64,000 bases of DNA from Azolla caroliniana (taxonomy: Eukaryota; Plantae; Polypodiophyta). The stretch is taken from positions 21,948,001 through 22,012,000 of the forward strand of contig JBHGNT010000007.1 of the NCBI GenBank assembly GCA_043228905.1, read 5' to 3'. The notes beneath the pieces are model-generated. The model saw only the letters and a list, made by a program, of their open reading frames with translations, made no database searches and was not told where the DNA came from. Of this stretch, positions 12,515 to 22,623 are shown in pieces. The stretch's first letter is position 1, and every line of letters starts with the position of its first letter. The translations under genes and the position numbers were made by a program.

Positions 12515-15500
12515 CATATCCAAGCGGAGCAGTGGCAGCAGGCAGCAGAGCAACGGAGGCAAGCAACGGAGTAGCAGAGGCAGCAACCTCCAGGGAAGAT
12601 TGTTAATAGAAGGGAGACGGGGCAGTAACCACCACAACAGAATGAAGCGAGTGTAGGAGCAAGAGCTGAATCGCGCAGAGCTAAATGTGAAGCTTAGCTC
12701 AACATAGCTTTCCGAAGGGCGGTGGTCGCCATAGCCCCCCCCCCCAGAGGCCAATCGGCTCTTAGCGGAGGAAATCGAACGCCTACGTCGTACTTCCTTT
12801 GTATGTAGGTTCCTTGCAGGTAGACCAAGTCGTGGCATGGTTCGGGACATGTTCCAAGTGCCCGTGATGGAAAACATGCCGACGATCAAGAGCGTCCAAG
12901 GTTTGGGGAAAATTTTCTTCCACATTGAATTGGGTGATGGCGCGTTGGTGCAACCATTGGTAGAGCTCAAGGTTCTTGAATTGAAGTACAGTAAGGTGCT
13001 CCTCTAGTCGTGGTCACCAGCGTTCAATCCAATTGAGGAGTTGCGGAAACTTAACAATCCTAGGGTGATCACCGCAACATTTCATGGCCTCCCTCCCCAC
13101 TTGTGCCATCTGCTTCCTTTTTTTGGCGAACAAATAGGGACGATTTTCCCTAAAAAAATGTCCATTGCAGATACAGTAGCGGAAGTGCCCAAGCTACGCA
13201 TCTTAGTGCCTTCCCTCCATGGACTTCCATCGAGAATTAGGCTCTACTATGAGGAGCTAGGTCTCACAATGGTGAATGTGGTATATGAGGGACTCCCTAG
13301 GCAGTGTTTCATTTGCAAACAAAAAGGGCACCTAGCTAAGGAATGTCCTCGTAAGACTGGAAAGGGAAACTCGGAACCTCAAACCTCAGTGAAGGCCGCA
13401 CCACCCAAGGGCAGCAAGGCTCCTTGGCACCCTGTTAAGAAGTAGGGGAAACTTCGAAGCCTAGGTGCAACCTCTCCCCCCCTCTTTCAAGACTATCCCG
13501 TAGAAAGAAGTTCTCCTACCTTGTCACCAGCAAGTGTGGACGAATAGCCCTTGAAACAAGTGAAGATCCTCTCAGGGAGTGCGGAGACGCACAACCTATA
13601 GGTGAGAGCGTCCAACAGATTTTACATTACTCCAAGGGCTAGGGGATGGTGACCCAGAAGCGTTGGCAGCAATGTTGTCTCCATGTGAATCCTTGTCCCC
13701 CAAGCTCGTGTTCTCCACCTCAATGGAGATGCAACCACAACATGTACCATCCACCCCGGAGGAGATGTTGACAAAGGCCCCCCTCATGATGGAACATGAA
13801 TGTGGTGGTGACCTCAGATTAGTGAAGTCGTGGATCCGGACGGGCACGATCAAGGGCAAAATAGGCAAACCATCACCTGGTTTGGCGACGTCTCTTTGGG
13901 CTAGAGGGGTGCAGGATATGCAACCGCTTAGGAGCCAAACTGTATCGCGGGAACTATTTGAAGCGGGCCACGAACAACAGGCTGGGAATCCCTTAGGGGC
14001 TCTCCAATCTACTGTGGAGTCACTACCCCCTGAAGTAGATGATAGTTTGACCTCTGACATGGGGGTCGGCCAACATGGGCGTCAACTTCACCGCCTTCAG
14101 ATGAGGATCCTAACGTGGAATGTGTAGGGCCTTGGTGGAGGCCGGCAACAACATGAGTGCAAAAGACTTCAGGAGGAGTTGAATCCCCTTAATATTGGGG
14201 GCAACATTGACATCTTGCTTTTGCAGGAACACCACCTCTCTCAAGAGAGAACTCAGAGCCTTGTAAACCCCTTGTCGGGTGGATGGACCACGTGGTGGTC
14301 GACTGCACAGGGTGACCTCCACCGAAGAGGAGGGGTCTGCATCTTGATTAGCGATCAGGCCTGTTACGAAGTAACATCACATAGCACGCTAGTGGCAGGT
14401 AGAGCCCTCTATGTGCTTTTGAAATGGAATCGCCTTCAAATTGGGGTGCTAAACTTTTATGCCCCTAACTCTTCCCCCGAGAGAGCAATCTTTTGGAGGA
14501 CGTTAGCGACAACATTTCCTGATGCAAAGGCGTGGGTAATGGCCGGAGATTTCAACATGACTAAGCATCTCGGAGATAGGAAAGGGGGGACCCAAAGACT
14601 GCTTCATGGTACGGAGTTGGACTCATGGGCTTTCCTAGTTGGAAAAATTGGGGTGAAGGATGCATGGGGCTCTTCCCTTAGGAGATGCTCACATTCGCTA
14701 CACTTCTCCCGAGCTGCCGTGAATGCTAGGGGTGGTAGTCTTGCATGGCTAGACCGCATATACATCAGCTCGTCCCTCGAAGAGCTGGGGGGCTCCTTCA
14801 CTATCTTGGCAGGTCTTACCTTCTCGGATCACCAACCGATGAGACTAGACCTTAACCCACCCCGCGGTAGCAAGGGGAGTCTCAATGTGAAAATCCCCAC
14901 AAAGATCATGAAGTGTGCAAAGGTGAAAGCAGGGTTGCAGAGCATATGGCGGGAGACGATTGTAAGTGAATCGGCTAGTGAGGATTTGCAGAAGAAACTA
15001 GCCCTCTCCTCCTCCTTTTTACAACAGGAAACCAAGTTGGCCCTCCAGCAGGCTAGAGCCATTGAAACAAAATTACGAAAGTCCGTTGTGGCCGTGCAAC
15101 GATTGCTACAAGCAGACCCTAACTGCAATTGGTCTAGAGCTAAGTTGGAGGAAGCAAAGTTGAAGTTGTGGGAAAGGACGTTTGAGAAGAACCGAATGCT
15201 ATTTCGAAGGACCGCAACATGGTGGGCTAGAACAGACGACAAGGTCAACCATCATTTCTTTCACTCCAGGGCACCCAAGGGTGGTGGTGGACATATACAA
15301 GGGCTACGCAAACCAGACGGATCAATAACGGAGGATAAGGATGAGATTCTACATATGGCAACACAATACTATCGCGACCTGCTCGCACCTATGCGGCAAA
15401 ACACGGAACTGGCTAAGAGAGTGTTGGCTTGCATTCAACCCAAGGTAACCCATGAGATGGAAGTTGTGCTCGATTGCCCCATTTCTCGATTAGAACTCTC

Positions 15501-17602
15501 GGAGGCACTTAGGGATTTGCGGAGAGGAGCATGCCCCGGCCCCGATGGTCTCTCACGAGATTTTTTTCAGATTCATTGGGAAACTGTTATTCCCTCATTG
15601 GAAGCCGGGATTCAAGAGATTTGGACCTCAGGAGCGATGCCAACTGGCCTGGCTGAGGGGATGATCTATCTCATCCCTAAAGTGGCCAGGTGAAGCCTCG
15701 AGCTGCATCAATGTCGTCCAATCACGATCCTTAACACGATATACAAGATACTCGCAAAAGTCCTAGCTAGGCTAATAGCAAGCTTCCTACCAGACATCAT
15801 ACATGAGAATCAAATAGGGTTTATCAGGGGTAGGTGTATCTTTGATAATGTGTTGCTTCTCTGGGAAGTTATGGCATTGGCAGATCGCGTCGTATCGAGC
15901 TCAGCTATTTTGATGTTAGACTTTGAGAAGGCCTACAACAAAGTGTTATGGGTCTCAAACTCCATCTTGCGGGCATGGTGTCATGTACGACATCATTTGG
16001 TCAAGCACAAGCCGAAGACACTAATCGAGTGGTCTAGACAACCATTATTTTGGAACCCTCAGGTGCGAACAAGTGACGACATGATGTTAGGGCAGCTTAA
16101 GGGCCTAGCATGGGGAAAGCTACCGCAAATAGGTCTCCACTCTATAGATGATTGGCGACGCACGGTGGCTTTAGGAGGAGCCCAAGAGGTCCCATTCCCT
16201 CCCCTCAAGGGAGCCATGAAAATGCAGAGATTGATAGCTGAGGTAGTTGATAGGGTTCCAATGGGGGAGGTGAGAGAAGATGCTTGGTTCGGTCTCTTTG
16301 ATGAGGCTGGAAGGGTTAAGTTGCTTAAGGGCATGAGCGGATCGGGAAGAGATACAATTTTTGGGGAGAGTCAGAGTAGGGGCTCTTGGCACCCTATCCG
16401 CGTGGTGGTGCAGGTTGGTAACACCTGGAAGACAGACCCGGATGTTGGTAAGGTGGAACCCCATTGGAAGTTATGGGTATATGGTTGTTGGCCCCTCGTC
16501 GAACTGGAATGGGATCCAAGGGATTTTAGGTGGAAACATGATGGCAGATTTCGCCATTTCTTCAAATACAACACTAAACTAGGCCAGACTTTTCAACTGC
16601 AGCTAGACGGCCCCTTACGCAATGGCTGGCGTACATTGGGCATCCCTGACGAGGTGTTCATTACCTTTTGGAAGGGTCTTTGGCGTCTCCACATGCCGGA
16701 AAAGATAAAGTTTTTTTGGTGGCAAATCGGTCATAATGTGGTTCCCATTGGCGAATGGCTAGGTAAACATGGCGGCCCATTAGGCTGCCCACGTTGCCAT
16801 TCACCTATTGAGACTCTGAGGCATTATCTGTGGGATTGCCCTCAAGTTCAAAATGTATGGGATAGAGTGACTTGCCTCCTTGTGGCATGTGAAGTGGAAG
16901 GAACAACATCGTGGAGTGCTGCGGCATGGCTTGATCACTCCGTTTATAGGTGGACGGACGCCCTCAATGTAGATAGTTGGTGCTATGTATGCATGAGAGG
17001 CAAAATTGCCAAGATTCGATTTGAGAGAGGGTTGCAATCCGCATCCCCTAGGTTCCCAGACATTTGGATGTTGATCGCAGGCTTCACCCTGTGGTATGTA
17101 TGGAAAGCGTGTTGCCTAAAGTTCTTTCAAGATCTGGTGCGGCCCCCGGAGGAAGTGATAATGGACATATGGTTTGCGTTGATCAGCTGCTTACGAGGCC
17201 AATTGGACGAGGTTTGTAGCCATTCCAATGACGTGGTTATTGCCCGTTTGTGCTTTTGGCAAAAATGGCGGAACATGCCTATGGTGACACAAGGAGGAAG
17301 TGGCCCAAGGTGGAACTACCAACCCCCACGTTGGCTGTTTCCGGCTCACTTACCACCCTCCCTTCGTTGTCGACCCCAAGAGGTGTCTCGTACTAGCCAT
17401 CACTGAAGGGCACCGTTTTTAGCTATAGGTACTTACATTAAGTAGTCAGTTTGAAACGCAATGTAACTAGTCTCATTTTCTTGAACCTGATCGGAGGGAG
17501 ATTCCCCGTTCTATATGTAAGCCTCCTTGTACAGTCTCTTTGTAATGATCCTTCCTAACTAATGGGAATGTAGCTTCATTTTCGAAAAAAAAAACAAAAA
17601 AA
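12515..17602 (+). mobile_element. L1-clade LINE, decayed (ORF1, APE endonuclease, internally deleted RT, zf-RVT), with poly(A) tail
   Basis: ORF1 has zinc knuckle CFICKQKGHLAKEC. ORF2 from 14101 has MRILTWNV, DILLLQE, AGDFN, LDRIY and FSDH. RT start PGPDG...LDFEKAY is followed by a jump to the C-terminal region with CPRC...ETLRHYLWDC. A-tail at 17585-17602. Several stops. The 5' boundary is approximate. Confidence 0.9.
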
Positions 17603-17622
17603 TTCGCCTTTTCATTAATTTC

Positions 17623-18041
17623 CCTAAAAGCACCCCCTCACTTTTCATAAACCCTAAAAGCACTCCCTCACATTTCATAAACCCTAAACGCACCCCCTCA
17701 CATTTCATAAACCCTAAAAGCACCCCCTCGCATTTCATAAACCCTAAAAGCACCCCCTCGCTTCTCACAACCCTAAATTACCCCTCACTTTTCATAAACC
17801 CGAAAAGCACCCCTTGCATTTCATAAACCCTAAAAGCACCCCGTCACTTTCTCATAATTCCTAAAAGCACCCCTCACTTTTCGTAAACCCTAAAATACCC
17901 CTTCACTTTTCGTAAACCTTGAAAGCACCCCCTCACTTTTCGTAAACCCTAAAAAATACCCCTTCACTTTTCGTAAACCTTGAAAGCACCCCTCACTTTT
18001 CCTAAACCCTAAAAATACCCCTCAGTTTTCATAAACCCTAA
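17623..18041. repeat. ~30-bp minisatellite (~14 copies), each carrying a telo-box AAACCCTAA
   Basis: Consensus TAAACCCTAAAAGCACCCCCTCACTTTTCA, repeated up to ~80 bp before the PPR ATG. Confidence 0.9.
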
Positions 18042-18118
18042 ATTGCCCCTCCTTGTTCAAATTTCCCTCTGTCCCTGTCTCTGTCTCTGTGTCTTTGTCT
18101 CCCTCGCCATGGAAGGGT

Positions 18119-20029
18119 ATGGAACGCCTTGTTCAGAAGCTCTGCGAGCAGGGTCGCCTTCATCAAGCTCTCCATGTCCTCTCCCGTCACTGCGGAACAC
18201 CCGTCTCTGACTCCACTTATCTTTGCCTCCTCAAGGCTTGTAACACTATACCAAGAACAAGAAGAAGAGGACCCCACGGCCATGGAAATTCCACCGTCGT
18301 TCAAGAATTGACCCATCGGGTCTATGCACATATCCAGAATCATAGATCAAAACCCAGCTTTAATGGCTCCCTTGGAGATCATTTGGTTATGAGCCTTGCA
18401 AGGTGTGGATCCATGGAATCTGCCCTCGGAATCTTCGCTTCTTTGTCGGAGAGAACTGTCTTCTCGTGGACGGCCATCATCACTGCTTATTCGGATTCTT
18501 GTACAAAATCTGACAATGCATTAGCCCTAAGAATGTATGAATGCATGCTTATGGACAATGTCTGGCCAAACGGATTCACATTCGTCGCGCTTTTCCGTGC
18601 CTGCGCCTGTCTCAGGGACCTCATGCATGGTCAGACATTTCATGTTCAGGCACATGAGCAAGGTCTGGTTTCTGATAATGCCTTTGTGTGTAATGCTTTA
18701 ATCACCATGTATGGGAAGTGTGGGGCCATCATTGAGGCGGACAAAATCTTCTTCATATCGATGATACCCACCCAACGCGATATTGTGACTTGGACAGCCA
18801 TGTTATCTGCATATGTCGATGATGGCCTTGTCGAGGAGGCATTACTTCTATATATGCAAATGATGGAGGATAATTGTAGTATAAAACCCGATCGAGCCAT
18901 GTTAAGTATGGCTCTTGTAGCCTGCCGGATGCTCGCAGAGAAGTCTATGACTACTATCCACTCATCATCAAAAGGAAAGATGTGTTTGGAGATCGGACGG
19001 GCATTACATTTCCATGCACACCAAGAGGGCTTTTCCTCTGATCCTTTTGTCCAGACCAACCTTGTCAGTATGTATGCAGAGTGCGGCTCGATACTTGATG
19101 CTGAGAGTGTTTTCCTTGTATTGATCCAACGAGACCCTGTCGCATGGACAGCCATGCTTGCTGCATATGTCCGGCAATGTGAAGGTCACAAGGCTTTGCA
19201 ATTGTATAAGCGCATACGAATCGAGAAGGCTAGTTTAGATGATGTGATGCTAATGTATATATTACAAGCTTGCTCGGAGAGGAGAGACTTGACGGCATGT
19301 AATGCTGCCCATTTTGATATTGTCTGTGGTGGATATGATGATAACCCTTCCATTGCGTCCACACTTGTTCACACATACGGGCATTGTTCAAGCATAGCTG
19401 ATGCTCAAGACGTCTTTAGCCGGCATCCAGAGCCGGATATTATAGCATGGAATGCTTTCATTTCAGGGCATATAGAGGAGGGGAACATCTCATCAAGCTT
19501 GGAGCTATTCAAAGATTTGAGCCGTACAAGCATTCAACCTGATGGAGTTACTTTTGTACTGATTATTTCAGCTTGTCGCCGTGTGGGCCTTCTTGGAGAA
19601 GCTATAGAGTACCTTCAGTCAATGAGAACTCGATATAATTTGGTTCCAGAGGTGAAACATTATAACATAATCATAGATCTCCTTGGCCGAACAGGGGATT
19701 TTAAAGGAATAGATAGCATTTTAGGAAGCATGCCGATGCGAGCGGATGTGATAATTTGGTGGTGTGTGCTATGTGCATGTCAAGTTCATGGAAATTTTGG
19801 GCTTGCGAAACAAGCATTCAAACATGCCATGAATTTGGAGCCACACCGATCATTTCCGCATGTTATGATGTCGAAGATTTATGCAGAGTCTGGGTTGCAT
19901 GAGTTTGCACCGGAGGTGGAACAGTTGAGGTTGGAAAGAATCAATCCGAACGAAGAAGAGTATGTGCCCAAAAGGTGCTCAACCAAGTGTGTTGAGTCAG
20001 ATGTGTATTCATTGCCATACTTATTTTAA
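18119..20029 (+). CDS. PLS-class pentatricopeptide repeat protein with E domain and no DYW, 636 aa, intronless
   Basis: Repeats of the form NALITMYGKCG...DIVTWTAMLSAY. E1/E2 region DLLGRTGDF...MPMRADVIIW...ACQVHGN. First in-frame ATG at 18119. No HSE/CxDC/DYW motifs. Confidence 0.92.
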   Translation: MERLVQKLCEQGRLHQALHVLSRHCGTPVSDSTYLCLLKACNTIPRTRRRGPHGHGNSTVVQELTHRVYAHIQNHRSKPSFNGSLGDHLVMSLARCGSMESALGIFASLSERTVFSWTAIITAYSDSCTKSDNALALRMYECMLMDNVWPNGFTFVALFRACACLRDLMHGQTFHVQAHEQGLVSDNAFVCNALITMYGKCGAIIEADKIFFISMIPTQRDIVTWTAMLSAYVDDGLVEEALLLYMQMMEDNCSIKPDRAMLSMALVACRMLAEKSMTTIHSSSKGKMCLEIGRALHFHAHQEGFSSDPFVQTNLVSMYAECGSILDAESVFLVLIQRDPVAWTAMLAAYVRQCEGHKALQLYKRIRIEKASLDDVMLMYILQACSERRDLTACNAAHFDIVCGGYDDNPSIASTLVHTYGHCSSIADAQDVFSRHPEPDIIAWNAFISGHIEEGNISSSLELFKDLSRTSIQPDGVTFVLIISACRRVGLLGEAIEYLQSMRTRYNLVPEVKHYNIIIDLLGRTGDFKGIDSILGSMPMRADVIIWWCVLCACQVHGNFGLAKQAFKHAMNLEPHRSFPHVMMSKIYAESGLHEFAPEVEQLRLERINPNEEEYVPKRCSTKCVESDVYSLPYLF

Positions 20030-20535
20030 AGAATGCTTCACTCAGAGTTGTGCTCATTTCTGTGGTCTGAAGACTTTGATTCGAAGTGAAATTGTGGACG
20101 ATGTGACATTTTGAAGGTTGAGTCTTAACAGTGCTACAAAGATCATGGAAATTATCGCATAAAGAACATGACTCTCTAAAACTCGATTGTTTGAAGAGTG
20201 AACATAATGAACATGATATCTAATTAACTAACTGATCCAGGCTAAATTCACCCAATCAACATGAACTGATCGAAACTGTACTGAGTTGAATGAAGAGGAC
20301 GAGGCGGGTACGAAAAATACTCATCAGTAGATATGGAAACTCGGACCTTAGACCAACATAAATTAACAACAAAGCTTATTAAAGCAATGTATATATACTG
20401 CAGCAGCATAAACATAATAGCAGCATTTTGCTGCCAACAACCAAAAGGACCATTCATTTTAATGTTTTTATTTGAAGACAAAAGTGGATATTACTGTGTT
20501 AAATGGATGGAAAGCAGAACATTAAAAAAGCTGAA

Positions 20536-20608
20536 TGCGAATGCAGGGTTTCGAACCCTGTACATCTTGCACGTCAAGCAAGTGCTCTACCAATTGAGCT
20601 ACATCCGC
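20536..20608 (-). tRNA. tRNA gene, anticodon GAC (Val by anticodon) on a tRNA-Ala-like body, copy 1
   Basis: GCGGATGTAGCTCAATTGGTAGAGCACTTGCTTGACGTGCAAGATGTACAGGGTTCGAAACCCTGCATTCGCA folds fully (7/4/5/5-bp stems, A73). A T6 run follows a few nt downstream. Confidence 0.9.
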
Positions 20609-21020
20609 TTATATCAAAAGGGAAGAAAAACTTTTCTATAAAGTTGTCTTTATCACAAAAAGCATCAAGCTCCACACATTCTCTATTATCTCTGCACAAC
20701 ACATGTGTCTGTCTCCACATGTCTATGTCTCCTGAAGGCTTGAAACAAGAAGAATCCACGGCCATGGAAGTTATAGTTAGGCCAAGAAATATCCATGTGG
20801 GTGAAGAAGCTCTACAGAGAAGCAATCTATATATGTATGTATGTATACCAACAAGCAAAAAAGTACCATTCATTTTTCTTTATGTAGAGAGCATGTGGGT
20901 GCGAGAGGATGGAAACAGACCATAGAAAACGTGAATGCAAAATGCAGGGTTTGGAGGCATGTCTGTATGTGTAATAAGGACAGAAAGCAGATAGGGAAGA
21001 TTAAAATATGATGGTGATTT

Positions 21021-21093
21021 TGCGAATGCAGGGTTTCGAACCCTGTACATCTTGCACGTCAAGCAAGTGCTCTACCAATTGAGCTACATCCGC
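21021..21093 (-). tRNA. tRNA gene, anticodon GAC, copy 2 (identical to copy 1)
   Basis: 73/73 identity with 20536-20608 and unrelated flanks. CAA just upstream, TTTT ~15 nt downstream. Confidence 0.9.
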
Positions 21094-21279
21094 CTTGATG
21101 CTAAATACATAATATCAATTCAATTAATTCTAATATTTCATTGAATTGTGCAATAGAAGAGTCCTCTAGAACTAGTAATAGAAACCAAATGTTATACAAT
21201 TTTGTTACTTGCAATGCATTAGAAAGACTGGGAGAACTGTATAAGATGAAACCTCATTTCGGCTTTGAAATTTAAACTT

Positions 21280-22260
21280 TGGTATCGTATATGCATTGTT
21301 GCTTGTCGAGTAAAAGGCCTATAGATAGTATTTCGAAGACTCCCTATAGAAATAGTGTTGGACATATGCTAGGCTCTAGACAGGAGATAACACTTCGTTG
21401 ATCATCACATCTAGTACAAATGTCACTACTAGAAGACATTGGGGACGATGCGTGTTGGAAGAAAAACCTTTTGTATTCGCTAGATATTGCCAAGACAATT
21501 GTGCCAAGTAAGCTCTACGTGTCTCTATGCCTTTCTCTTTGAGAGGGGATATACCTTCAGTGTTAGCCATATTTCTCTCAATCCATGCACCACGGTTGGA
21601 ATATGATAATTTATTAGTCATCATGAAATGTTGGTGTTAAATGCACGACCTTTTCTTCGAGTGGGTGATACACCCTAGTAATTGATAAGCCAAATTTTTT
21701 TATTAGTCTATGCACCATACTTCGAAACTTGCTAATGGCACTAATTTACCAGACATTATGGAATGTAAGCATTGAGCATATGACCTTTGGGGCTGTGCCA
21801 CACAAGCTTATGAATCGAGCAACATCAGCTCCATGAAACCCTCGACACAATATGGAGAAGAAACCATGTCCACGAGGGCAAAACGCATATCCAAGGCTCA
21901 TACTTGGGCACCCATGTCCAATAGGGCGAAACGCACCATCACACTCATGCACACAAGCTGACACATTGAAAATAGTAACTTTACGGTCAAAAGCATAAAA
22001 AGGGAACATATAATGGATGTTGTTGCTTCAATATATGAGGAATGGCAGAATGGTTCTTTTGAAATACATTTCATATGAGGACATTAGGCATATGCTTTCT
22101 TCAGGAATTCCCACAAGGTTGTACTAGCTTTGAGGAATTCTTGATGAGAACCAAACCTTTGCCAACAACATTTGACATGCTCTACGATCGTCTATTCAAG
22201 CACAAAACTGATCTCATGGCAAATAAAAACAGTGAAGTCAACAACCAGCTTAGTTTTTCA
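21280..22260 (+). mobile_element. Possible old Copia gag remnant
   Basis: TGGTATC PBS-like motif at ~21280. Gag-like fragments KLANGTN and LQEFPQGCTSFEEFLMRTKPLPTTFDMLYDRL. Heavily decayed. Confidence 0.3.
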
Positions 22261-22623
22261 TTTTCAGCTTTCACGTTTTCTTTTTGCTCCCATATATTAA
22301 TGTGACATCTCACCTTTGCATTTTCACAATCCGCTTCTAATTATGTCATTACAATAATCGTGTAGTGCAACATTGACTCCCTAGTAGGACATTGTTTTCT
22401 GCATGCATGACAACTTTAAGACCCTGATATTGCTCAACAACGTATTATGCATATAAAGCATTTTTCCAAGTATGATGGTTCTAATGCATGCATGTTGGCA
22501 AACATTGGTTCATCATGAACAGCACAAGACATTACTTGGAAAACATTTTTCCAAGTAAATTTTTTTTTTATGTGATCTATATTTTCAATTAAAAATCATA
22601 TGATACAAGACATGAGAACCATC

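Noticed and set aside
12490-17620. TSD around the long LINE
   Set aside because: Only a loose AAAAA..CCTTTT similarity exists, which is not convincing.
17623-18041. CRISPR array
   Set aside because: The units are contiguous with no unique spacers, there are no cas genes, and the context is eukaryotic. The same applies to the 68-bp and 17-bp repeats.
20030-20250. Cryptic DYW domain downstream of PPR1
   Set aside because: No HSE(K/R)LA, CxDCH or DYW-like residues were recognised.
20536-21093. Plastid trnV-GAC insertion (NUPT)
   Set aside because: Only the anticodon loop TTGACGT resembles plastid trnV-GAC. The body is tRNA-Ala-like and the flanks look like nuclear Pol III context.
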